Below are positions 49,813 to 57,955 of a stretch of 64,000 nt of DNA, in pieces. Made by a program: the position numbers and the translations under genes. The number at the start of each line of letters is the position of its first letter. Within the stretch, counting starts at the first letter, position 1. A model generated the notes under the pieces. It was not told the DNA's origin and ran no database searches. It saw only the letters and a list, made by a program, of their open reading frames with translations. Source of the stretch: Thiomargarita sp. (GTDB lineage Bacteria > Pseudomonadota > Gammaproteobacteria > Beggiatoales > Beggiatoaceae); the NCBI GenBank assembly GCA_020720115.1, contig DYPD01000001.1:3044-67043 (forward strand). The letters run 5' to 3'.

Positions 49813-50608
49813 CATTGATTTTAAATTTCTCATTAACTTTGCGGCGGATTTTGTTGATTGGCGGCAAGCCATAGACTTGTCGAATTTCATCTACCAATTG
49901 TTCCATATAATCATCACATTCACGGATTCTCGTTTGATCCGTTGTAGTACCAACAATGTAAAGATCACGAAACTCAGTATGATGATAAAAAATGGCGCCG
50001 GCTTGCACATCAAACCCGATTTTAATCAGCCAGCCTTGTTCTAAATTTCTAAAACGCCGATTTAAGGAACTGACGATACCGTGCAAAGCAATACCAATAC
50101 GATCATAATGCTGCAATTGTTCTTCTGGTGTTTGTGGAAAGCGGCTTTGAATTTTCTCTTCATCTAAAATATGATCGGAAAAGTATTGTTGTTTATTATC
50201 AAATACACCTATGTAATGTAGTTTATTAAAAGCAAAATAGTTTTTACACTTGGGTCGCAACCCCTGTACATTCAAATGAGTATCTGGTAATTGTTTCAAT
50301 ACCGGGGTGCTGGTATCCAACCAATGCCCAATGATTTGCAGCAAAGAATACAGCAACCCGAAAATCGTCAGCACAAACAACATAATAAAAATTGCAGCAG
50401 TGATAGGATTAGCGACAATTACACCTTGTATATCATGCTGAAGTTCAGTAGAAATCAAAAAATACCAAAAAACAGTAAAGGCTAAGCATAGAGGTATAAT
50501 GGTTAGAGCTATACTTATCCGCAAAGGATAATCCCGTATCCAGCGATTTAAAACCTGTTTGAAATGGCTGGCAAAGTCGCTGAGTATTTGTCCAAATTCA
50601 GTTGCCAT
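49808..50608 (-). CDS. membrane protein of unknown function (at least 2 N-terminal TM helices plus a ~160-aa soluble C-domain), last gene of the STAND operon
   Basis: TM segments ISIALTIIPLCLAFTVFWYFLI and ITAAIFIMLFVLTIFGLLYSLLQII. The start is 2 nt after the WD40 gene stop. No motif I recognise. Confidence 0.7.
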   Translation of the reverse strand: MATEFGQILSDFASHFKQVLNRWIRDYPLRISIALTIIPLCLAFTVFWYFLISTELQHDIQGVIVANPITAAIFIMLFVLTIFGLLYSLLQIIGHWLDTSTPVLKQLPDTHLNVQGLRPKCKNYFAFNKLHYIGVFDNKQQYFSDHILDEEKIQSRFPQTPEEQLQHYDRIGIALHGIVSSLNRRFRNLEQGWLIKIGFDVQAGAIFYHHTEFRDLYIVGTTTDQTRIRECDDYMEQLVDEIRQVYGLPPINKIRRKVNEKFKINE

Positions 50609-50610
50609 GA

Positions 50611-53600
50611 TTATTTAACCCCAGTAATAGTTGGTTCAATCGGCTGCATGAGAATTTCTCGCGGTTCATTCATATCCAAAGTGTAAAACGCCAAGCGTTG
50701 GCTGGATGCCAAGGGCACTACCAGCCGGCAAAGTTTTTCTGAGGGCTGACAATGAATAGCGAAATCCCAATAGCGTTCTTTAGCGACAGTAGGCAAATGC
50801 AGCGTAAATAGAATCTCGGCAGGTTGTTTACTGAGGTCCCACAAACGCAATTTTGCTTCAGCATTCAGTGTCCACAAAGCATTGCCTTCCTGACTAAACT
50901 TCACTCTAAACACCTCTGCATCATCAAGCAAGCGCACGGGTTTTAATCCCTGATCTAAAGCGGCAAACGAATAAATATTTACATCGCCATTGAGCCCAGC
51001 CTCGACAAAATGCTTGCTATCAGGGCTAAAGTCCGCCCATAGTATTTCATTATTTGATTCAGGAAATGTGGGCAAGGGCACGGGTTGACTGCTTTGCAAT
51101 GCCCATAAGCGAGTCTGCCCGCGATTCCCTTGGTTATTACCGCTGCTTAATAAATAAGCCCCGCCAGAATTGAATGAAACCCTAAACAGATTTCCGCTAT
51201 GAGAGGGAAAAGAATCAATAGTTTCACCGTCGCTACTCTTTGTAATCCAACCCATAGAACCATTTGCGTTGGCAGTAACCAAATGCACATTGTCAGGCGC
51301 AAAAGCTACATCATACACAGCGCGCCAATCCGCCTGCATAAAGGTTTTTGGCTCAAGCAATTGCGCATCTGCCACTTGCCACAAAGTTGCCCCGTTATGC
51401 GCTCCAGCACTGAGCAACTGCTTGCCGTCATTACTGAAACCTAGATTAAAAATGCTCTTAATCTTTCCTGTGTTTGGACTTTCAGTGCAGCTTAATGGCA
51501 AACCGCCTTGATCATACAAACAAATATTACCTGCTTTAAAACCTACCGCCACCCTCTTGCCTTGCGGAGAAATAGCCACCGAGGTCGGCGTTCCATTGAG
51601 TTTAACTAAATATTGAAAGCCAGAATTGTCTGTATAGGGGGCGGGAATACGCCATTTTTTTATCTGCCCCTCATAACCCGCACTGTACACATAACTGCCG
51701 CCACGCGCTAAAGCCATTACATCCGCCGTATGCCCTTGTAACACATTCAGAGCACCGCCACCCGCTTCCACATCCCACACCCGAATGCTTTGATCCTGAC
51801 TACCGGACAACAGCAGAGTGCCCTCCTGATTAAATGCCAGCGCGTGAATTTTGCCTCTATGTCCACGAAAAATCTGTTTTTCCTGCTTTGACTCCAATTC
51901 CCAAATAGAAATCTTGTAATCATCATCCGCACTTGCCAGCAAGCGGTTATCCGGGCTGAATGCCAAGGCTCTTACCTTAGAAGTACGCGAAAAGCTATCA
52001 ACATACTTAAAATTTCCCGCTTCCAATTGCCATAGTTGCACAGCTTGCTTATCCAGAGAGGCAGCCGCCAGTAATTTTCCATCAGGGCTAAATGCCAATT
52101 GAATAATCCCGCCTCCAGTAATTATTGTTGTATCAGTTGCCTCTAACTTTCCCTCTTGCGTAATTCGCCACAGTTTAATCTCAGGTGCGATACCAGCCAC
52201 CGCCAACCAAGCACCATCAGGACTCATTGCCAAACTCAACAATTCATCCTCGGTATTGATTTCAACCGGTTCTTTGGCTTCTTTTAACCAGATTTGCCTC
52301 AACCAACCTTGCTTATCGGCTGTCACCAACCAGCGCCCCTGGGGTTCAAAGGCAATGGCGTTAATTTGATGATCAGTTTTTTGCAAAGCCAAAGGGAAAG
52401 GTTTGGCTGTTTCAGTATTAAAAATCACTAAAGCACCATTAGAACCACCAGCCGCCAACCATTGCCCATCCTGGCTTAAAGCGGAAGTACGCAAAGGAGT
52501 GCCTGGTGTCTCAAGCTTAAACGGAGTAGGAGAAATTTTTCGCATTTTCATGAAACCAGTTAAATAATCGCGTAAAAAACGCCTGCTCTCATCTATGCCT
52601 TGTTCCTTTTCTAATTTATAGCTTTCCTGCAAATAAACCTGTGCATTTTGGTAGTCATCAATATTCACTACCGCTTTTGCGCTGGTGAGTTTCGAGTCAA
52701 ACAATGCTTTTGAGCGCGTATGCAATAAATCTCTTTCTCTGATGGACTGTATCGTTTGTAAGGCAATAAGAATCAATAGAAAAGTACCAGCAAGCAAGGC
52801 AGCAAAGACTTTTATAAGACTCTGCATCCTTTGAGTTTTCATCGCTTGTGATTGTTGTAAACGTTCCGCTCTTTCTTTTTCTAACAATAGCTTTTGATTT
52901 TCAGCTTCCGCTGTTATTTTTTCTAATAATAAATTTTGATTATCAGTTAATAGTTGTTGATTCTTGACTTCGGCTTCTGCCCTGTCTTTTTCTAACAATA
53001 GTTTTTGATTTTCAGCTTCCGCCTTTTCTTTAGAAGCTTTGGCATCCTGATCCTGTTCTTGTAGCTTAAATATTTGAGCAAATAATTTATTATCAGACTC
53101 GGCTTTTTCTTTTTCTAACCTAATTTTTTCAGCTTCTTTTTGAGCTAATTTTAACTGAAATTCTTGACGGTAAGAATTATTAATTGCTTTTTCTTTTTCT
53201 AGTTTTTCATCCATATATTCTTTAGAAGAAAAAATAACTTTTCCTAGTTTGGATAAAAATAGTTGCTCACGTTTGTCAAGATGTTTTAATTTATCATTGG
53301 TCGTGAAATTTAGCGGCATCAGCTCCCGCCGAATATATTTTCTGAAACGACATAGAGTTACACTCTGATCTATAAGCGTATCCAAAGCAGAGGTTGCAGA
53401 GATGTCTTTTAGTTTTTCTTTTTGAATGTCTGTATAAACTTCAAATAAATCTCGCTCTTTTTCAGCAAATTTTTGCAAAAAATGCCATTGTCTGATAATA
53501 GCCTCATGCCGAAAAGAACATTGGCTTTTGTCATGTGAAAATCTTAAAATTCCCTTAAAGTGATCCATCACTGCTGCAACATGTGGTTTTTCTACCTCTA

Positions 53601-55083
53601 TGTCATTTTTTATTTCGTCGTCATCAAAAGCAATCTGCCGATATACAAACTCTCCTATATTTAGCTTATTTAATTCCTCAAGAGAAGTTGATTGATAAAA
53701 GTAGTAGTCTGCCGTGTCTTTTTTATAAAATTCTTGAACTCTGGTTCGCTGTTGTTTATGCACTGCAACCAATCGAGCAATTTCATCCAAAGAAACAGTG
53801 CCACCTAAGAAGCTAGTGTCAGGATCATTATCATAAACAGAAAAATCGTCCTTACATCTTGGAATGACCAAACGCCGAAATAATATTCCAGCAATCTCTT
53901 GAGCTATAGCAATGGAAAGCTTCTCACCGTTCTCTAATGACGGTTCAGCCTGGTAATCTCTATTTAGGCACTGATTAAAGATACCTTCTAATTCATCTTT
54001 TTTAGGATCGCTCTGATAGCAAAAAAAATGTAAGAATTTATTGTACTCATTTAAACTCAGGAGAATTTTTTTTGCACCTGAATCTATAGCTCTAGTTCTA
54101 GCTCTTTGTTTTTCCTGCTTAAATAATTCATGCAGAACATATTGTAACAATGATAATTTATCTGGTTCATACAAAAACTGTGTATTTTCCCCCTCTTTTT
54201 TATATAGCTTATCTAATAAATAATCTGAAAATTTATCATCAACCTGTATTTCATAATTGCGCAAATCTTCATATGATTTATCTATTCCACACAGCTTAGC
54301 TACTAGCTCTGGCTTTTGAATATTAACAATAGCCTGTTTAAGATTGTCTCTACTGATAAATGGCAAGTAATAAAAGCTGTTATTAATTTTATCAACTAAA
54401 CCAGGATAATTTGCGCAGGGTTGTAATTCCTCAGAACGTAATGCAATTAACACATAAATTTTATTAGGATAATATTTCTCTTTTGGAGAAACCGTATTTA
54501 GGATAAATTGAATAAATGATTGATTAGGATTATGTTCTTTTTCATCGCTTGGTTCAGCGGAGCCTATTTGCTTAACAACAGGGTTAACAAATAACTGCTC
54601 AAACTGATCTATCACCAGTAAAAAAGGTTTATCTATACCAAGCGTATTTTCCAAAAGACAATCGTGCAAACTATAAGAATCCACATCTTTTTTTATTTCT
54701 GATTTTATTTTTGAAAAATCAGTATTTTCCTTGACTAATGCTTTATTAACTAACTGATTTTTTAAGGTTAAAAACGGCTCTTCACTGCTGGATGCTCGGA
54801 TATAAACCAATGTCCAGTCTTTCTTTTCTGACCATACCTTGCTTTTTAATCCACCCATTAGCCCTGCGTATATCAATGAGCTTTTGCCAGAACTTGATTG
54901 CCCGATCAAAGCAACAAAATTTTCATAGGTTAAGCGGCTGCGTAGTTCTAATAACTCGTCATCACGACCAAAAAAAATGGAATGTTCTCTCATTTTGAAA
55001 TGACGGATACCAGGATAGAGATTACTGTCTGAACTCATGTGTTGATTACCCATATTCGATTTCACTGTGGTTTTATGTGGCAA
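50611..55083 (-). CDS. STAND-type P-loop NTPase - helical region - coiled coil - single TM - 14 WD40 repeats
   Basis: N-terminus YPGIRHFKMREHSIFFGRDDEL...VALIGQSSSGKSSLIYAGL (Walker A) and PFLLVIDQFEQLF (Walker B). Coiled coil with repeated AEAENQKLLLEK. TM LIKVFAALLAGTFLLILIALQTI (about aa 756-778). 14 units such as FSPDGKLLAAASLDKQAVQLWQL, FSPDNRLLASADDDYKISIWEL, FNQEGTLLLSGSQDQSIRVWDV. Confidence 0.85.
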   Translation of the reverse strand: MPHKTTVKSNMGNQHMSSDSNLYPGIRHFKMREHSIFFGRDDELLELRSRLTYENFVALIGQSSSGKSSLIYAGLMGGLKSKVWSEKKDWTLVYIRASSSEEPFLTLKNQLVNKALVKENTDFSKIKSEIKKDVDSYSLHDCLLENTLGIDKPFLLVIDQFEQLFVNPVVKQIGSAEPSDEKEHNPNQSFIQFILNTVSPKEKYYPNKIYVLIALRSEELQPCANYPGLVDKINNSFYYLPFISRDNLKQAIVNIQKPELVAKLCGIDKSYEDLRNYEIQVDDKFSDYLLDKLYKKEGENTQFLYEPDKLSLLQYVLHELFKQEKQRARTRAIDSGAKKILLSLNEYNKFLHFFCYQSDPKKDELEGIFNQCLNRDYQAEPSLENGEKLSIAIAQEIAGILFRRLVIPRCKDDFSVYDNDPDTSFLGGTVSLDEIARLVAVHKQQRTRVQEFYKKDTADYYFYQSTSLEELNKLNIGEFVYRQIAFDDDEIKNDIEVEKPHVAAVMDHFKGILRFSHDKSQCSFRHEAIIRQWHFLQKFAEKERDLFEVYTDIQKEKLKDISATSALDTLIDQSVTLCRFRKYIRRELMPLNFTTNDKLKHLDKREQLFLSKLGKVIFSSKEYMDEKLEKEKAINNSYRQEFQLKLAQKEAEKIRLEKEKAESDNKLFAQIFKLQEQDQDAKASKEKAEAENQKLLLEKDRAEAEVKNQQLLTDNQNLLLEKITAEAENQKLLLEKERAERLQQSQAMKTQRMQSLIKVFAALLAGTFLLILIALQTIQSIRERDLLHTRSKALFDSKLTSAKAVVNIDDYQNAQVYLQESYKLEKEQGIDESRRFLRDYLTGFMKMRKISPTPFKLETPGTPLRTSALSQDGQWLAAGGSNGALVIFNTETAKPFPLALQKTDHQINAIAFEPQGRWLVTADKQGWLRQIWLKEAKEPVEINTEDELLSLAMSPDGAWLAVAGIAPEIKLWRITQEGKLEATDTTIITGGGIIQLAFSPDGKLLAAASLDKQAVQLWQLEAGNFKYVDSFSRTSKVRALAFSPDNRLLASADDDYKISIWELESKQEKQIFRGHRGKIHALAFNQEGTLLLSGSQDQSIRVWDVEAGGGALNVLQGHTADVMALARGGSYVYSAGYEGQIKKWRIPAPYTDNSGFQYLVKLNGTPTSVAISPQGKRVAVGFKAGNICLYDQGGLPLSCTESPNTGKIKSIFNLGFSNDGKQLLSAGAHNGATLWQVADAQLLEPKTFMQADWRAVYDVAFAPDNVHLVTANANGSMGWITKSSDGETIDSFPSHSGNLFRVSFNSGGAYLLSSGNNQGNRGQTRLWALQSSQPVPLPTFPESNNEILWADFSPDSKHFVEAGLNGDVNIYSFAALDQGLKPVRLLDDAEVFRVKFSQEGNALWTLNAEAKLRLWDLSKQPAEILFTLHLPTVAKERYWDFAIHCQPSEKLCRLVVPLASSQRLAFYTLDMNEPREILMQPIEPTITGVK
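52875..53022. repeat. 37-nt direct repeat (1 mismatch) spaced 111 nt apart inside the coiled-coil coding region
   Basis: ctttttctaacaatagCttttgattttcagcttccgc (52875-52911) versus ctttttctaacaatagTttttgattttcagcttccgc (52986-53022). In frame, encoding AEAENQKLLLEK. Confidence 0.8.
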
Positions 55084-55110
55084 TGTTATTTGTAAAAATA
55101 TAACCTAGAT

Positions 55111-55674
55111 TTAAGGACACTGGTGTGTCCAATGACGATCCTTAGCCTGTCCTAGCCTGCAAAGAATCCCTTGTAGTATGTCATCTTCAACCAGTTCATC
55201 CTCCATGTCTTTATTATATTTATGTTGAGCATTGCCTGATTTCCTAATATATCGCCATCTAATATTAAATGAACATTCAAGATGTGGATGATGAGCGCAA
55301 ACATCATTTAGAATCTGAAAAAACACAATATTTCCAATTTTCTGCGTGAAAAAATCGGAGTCACATACTATGGAACTTGCCTCAGCATAGGAAAACCCAT
55401 TAGACAGTACAAAAAAGGCAAAATCCCAATTTTCGGGGTTTTTTTCTGGCTTAGGTTGTTTTTCTTGTTTTAAGCCAAAATCATCTTCTTGTGCCTGTAT
55501 ATTGGTATTTAATTTATCTATAAACTTGACAGAGTCGTTATCCAGTTTGAGATAAGAGGCTGCAAGTTCATCCTGTATTTTAGTAAGTAAATATGTAATT
55601 AAGGTTTTCTCCATTTTATTGTGCTCTTTTCTAGCAACATAAACATGCAGCAGCAAAGTTTTTTCACTGGACAT
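55111..55674 (-). CDS. hypothetical 187-aa protein in the STAND operon
   Basis: Start taken at ATG 55674 (MSSEKTLLLHVYVARKE...), preceded by GGTGGAG. The longer track ORF (to 55722) would overlap the upstream mini-gene. No motif I recognise. Confidence 0.6.
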   Translation of the reverse strand: MSSEKTLLLHVYVARKEHNKMEKTLITYLLTKIQDELAASYLKLDNDSVKFIDKLNTNIQAQEDDFGLKQEKQPKPEKNPENWDFAFFVLSNGFSYAEASSIVCDSDFFTQKIGNIVFFQILNDVCAHHPHLECSFNIRWRYIRKSGNAQHKYNKDMEDELVEDDILQGILCRLGQAKDRHWTHQCP

Positions 55675-55700
55675 ACAATCTCCACCTTGTATTTTTTTGT

Positions 55701-55871
55701 TTAGAGTTTTACCGTGCCACACCGCCCGTCTATTTCAGGGTTGCATTCTTGCGGTGGTGGTTTAGGCTGTTCTTTCTTTGGGTCTTCATTATTTTTATCT
55801 GCAGCATAAGCCCATAAACACAAGCCTACGTTTAAAAGCAAGTAAAGCAGTAATTTTTTGTGTATAGGCAT
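55701..55871 (-). CDS. unannotated 56-aa secreted mini-protein (signal peptide plus 33-aa Pro/Lys-rich mature part with C-x7-C)
   Basis: Hand translation: MPIHKKLLLYLLLNVGLCLWAYAADKNNEDPKKEQPKPPPQECNPEIDGRCGTVKL*. AGGAG lies 5 nt upstream of the ATG. It sits 11 bp after the upstream gene and 26 bp before the next. Below the track length cutoff. Confidence 0.5.
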   Translation of the reverse strand: MPIHKKLLLYLLLNVGLCLWAYAADKNNEDPKKEQPKPPPQECNPEIDGRCGTVKL

Positions 55872-55882
55872 GAAATCTCCTG

Positions 55883-57853
55883 CTAATTACCTGATGGCTT
55901 TCTTTCTATAAGCTGTTTTATGTAGGCACATAATATCTCGAATATATCCAGTGTTTTTGGATAAGAAGATATATCTTTAAAACTGGGTTGTTCGTTATCT
56001 TTAAAACTGGGTTGTTCGTTTATGAGATGCCAAAGCCTTTCTAACTCACCCCTAGTTTCCATAAGTTGAATAACCTTGGGTATTTGTTCCATTTTTGAGC
56101 CATTCAATAGCCCATCAGAAATATTAGATGAAAACTTGACAATTTCAAACTCTGCTTGAAGCAACCTGATTAAATCATCTTTGATTTTTTCCTTTACTAA
56201 ATCAGCGCTAGCTGTATCAAATTTAACAGGATAACTAAAAGTTAAACAATTTGTTAGTATAGATATATTTTCTCTTAATTCAAATATATTTGTAAAATTT
56301 GCTTCTCTTAATAGCTTTATTTGCTCATCTGAAAGAATATTTTCGCGGGAAGACTTCTCGACCAAAATAACACACTGCTCCTCTGATTTATTAGTCAAAA
56401 AATTAGCCAACTTGTACCATTCATCGTCTGCGTATGCTGTATCTAGCAGCACAATCAGAATTTGAGATTTCATTATAAAGCCATTTAGGACTTCCGTTTT
56501 AGTAAAAAAGCGAGGAATCTCTCTTTCCGAACAAATTAAATACTGCTTTATATTTTCCTGGTGTACATATTTTTTTGAGATTTGTGTTGGATTTTTTCTG
56601 AGTTGCTTTGCTAGCTTATCTGTAAATTCATTTACCCAATCAACATCTGACTCTGAAAAATCTACAAAAATATTGTAGATAAATTTTGAGCTATTATTAG
56701 AAGTATTCGATTCAAGAGTAACGGATGCCTCATTTTGTTTTGTCATCGCTAATAATTCCGGTTTCTTTATTTTGTAATTACATAACAATGGAAAAATCTC
56801 TTGTTTAGTATGGTTTCTTTCTGTAAGCGCAATTTTGTCATCATCAGGTCTCAGCCCATGTGTTTTATGCGCTATAGGATAGAAATAAATTTGCCCCTGT
56901 ATTTCATCTATGAATTCAATTTTTCCAATACTATAGCCGTGAGAACGCTTGCAATCTGTATTGTAATACTCTAAACCAAATAAAGAACGTCCAATCCAGG
57001 TACGATAAGGAAACGCACCATTTTCACTGATAACACGATAGCTTGGGTCGTGCATATGCCCGCACAAATGCGCTATGAAGCGCCCATCTAAATTGATTTC
57101 TCCGCGCAAATGCTGTTGCGAATCCCTGTCCAGCCAAGTTTGCGGATGATGGGTGAGCAACAGACAGGCTTGGTGTTGGCTTGCCCATGCGGGTCCATCT
57201 TCTGGACTATGGAAAGGTGCATGGAATTGTTTCGTGTGTAGTGCGAGTTTGCCTTCGTAATCGCCGTTTTGCAGTTGTAAAAAGGCGGTGTTGAGTCCGA
57301 AAATACCGAGTTTTGCGCCTTCTTTTTCGAGTGTGTAGGCAAAATCGCCAGGCAGCATTCCGAGTTTGAGGTCTTTGGGGATAAGCGGCTGATTGTTAAA
57401 CCAATCAGTGTAATTTCTAAAGGCTTTGTTGATGATTTTACGGTAGGGCGATTGCGGGTTTTCCCAAAATTCATCTTGGATTTCTCGGTCTTCTTGCCAT
57501 TGAAGCAAAAGTTTCAGTGAGGGGTCTTTGGCTTTGAGATTGGTGGGGGTGGGTCTGATGAGATCGTGGTTGCCAGGAACGGGAAGGAATTTGGGTTGGT
57601 TTTTGGGGTCAATGCGCTCAAAGGCTTGCCAAAGTGCGTCCAGTATGGCATTCAGCTTATTAAACTCTTCCGCTGTGCCTTTTTGCACCAGATCGCCGGT
57701 AAAGAGCACTAAATCCCAAGGTTGCCCACCGGTTTTTTCATAAAGTTTGGCAAGATGTTGAAACCAGCGTTCTCTGTAGGTGGGATACATCCAGTCTTGA
57801 TCGCGCATCCCGCAGTGCAGATCGGTTAAGTGTAGCCAGGTAAATTGTGCCAT
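55883..57853 (-). CDS. calcineurin-like metallophosphoesterase fused to a TIR-like module and a C-terminal helical tail
   Basis: MPE motifs LHLTDLHCG, FTGDLV, VPGNHDL, LLTHHP, CGHMHD. After about aa 395: FIYNIFVDFSESDVDWVNEFTDKLAKQL ... SQILIVLLDTAYADDEWYKLANFL, which resembles a TIR beta-A/alpha-A and the ..S.W..EL region. Confidence 0.75.
   Translation of the reverse strand: MAQFTWLHLTDLHCGMRDQDWMYPTYRERWFQHLAKLYEKTGGQPWDLVLFTGDLVQKGTAEEFNKLNAILDALWQAFERIDPKNQPKFLPVPGNHDLIRPTPTNLKAKDPSLKLLLQWQEDREIQDEFWENPQSPYRKIINKAFRNYTDWFNNQPLIPKDLKLGMLPGDFAYTLEKEGAKLGIFGLNTAFLQLQNGDYEGKLALHTKQFHAPFHSPEDGPAWASQHQACLLLTHHPQTWLDRDSQQHLRGEINLDGRFIAHLCGHMHDPSYRVISENGAFPYRTWIGRSLFGLEYYNTDCKRSHGYSIGKIEFIDEIQGQIYFYPIAHKTHGLRPDDDKIALTERNHTKQEIFPLLCNYKIKKPELLAMTKQNEASVTLESNTSNNSSKFIYNIFVDFSESDVDWVNEFTDKLAKQLRKNPTQISKKYVHQENIKQYLICSEREIPRFFTKTEVLNGFIMKSQILIVLLDTAYADDEWYKLANFLTNKSEEQCVILVEKSSRENILSDEQIKLLREANFTNIFELRENISILTNCLTFSYPVKFDTASADLVKEKIKDDLIRLLQAEFEIVKFSSNISDGLLNGSKMEQIPKVIQLMETRGELERLWHLINEQPSFKDNEQPSFKDISSYPKTLDIFEILCAYIKQLIERKPSGN
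55973..56020. repeat. perfect 24-bp tandem duplication within the tail of the MPE-TIR-like gene
   Basis: atctttaaaactgggttgttcgtt x2 (55973-55996 and 55997-56020). In frame, giving NEQPSFKD-NEQPSFKD. Confidence 0.9.
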
Positions 57854-57955
57854 GATGTGTGATTTTTAGTGTGGTTTTGTGAGAGGTAAGGCGGCATTCT
57901 TGCACAGTTATTCGGGCTTCTCAAGCCTGTAAAAGTAGCTTGTTTTGGCTGTTTT

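Noticed and set aside
57854-57955. Candidate sigma70 promoter (TTGAGA-17 nt-AAGAAT on the minus strand) upstream of the STAND operon
   Set aside because: The -10 match is poor. I cannot distinguish it from chance without transcription start-site data.
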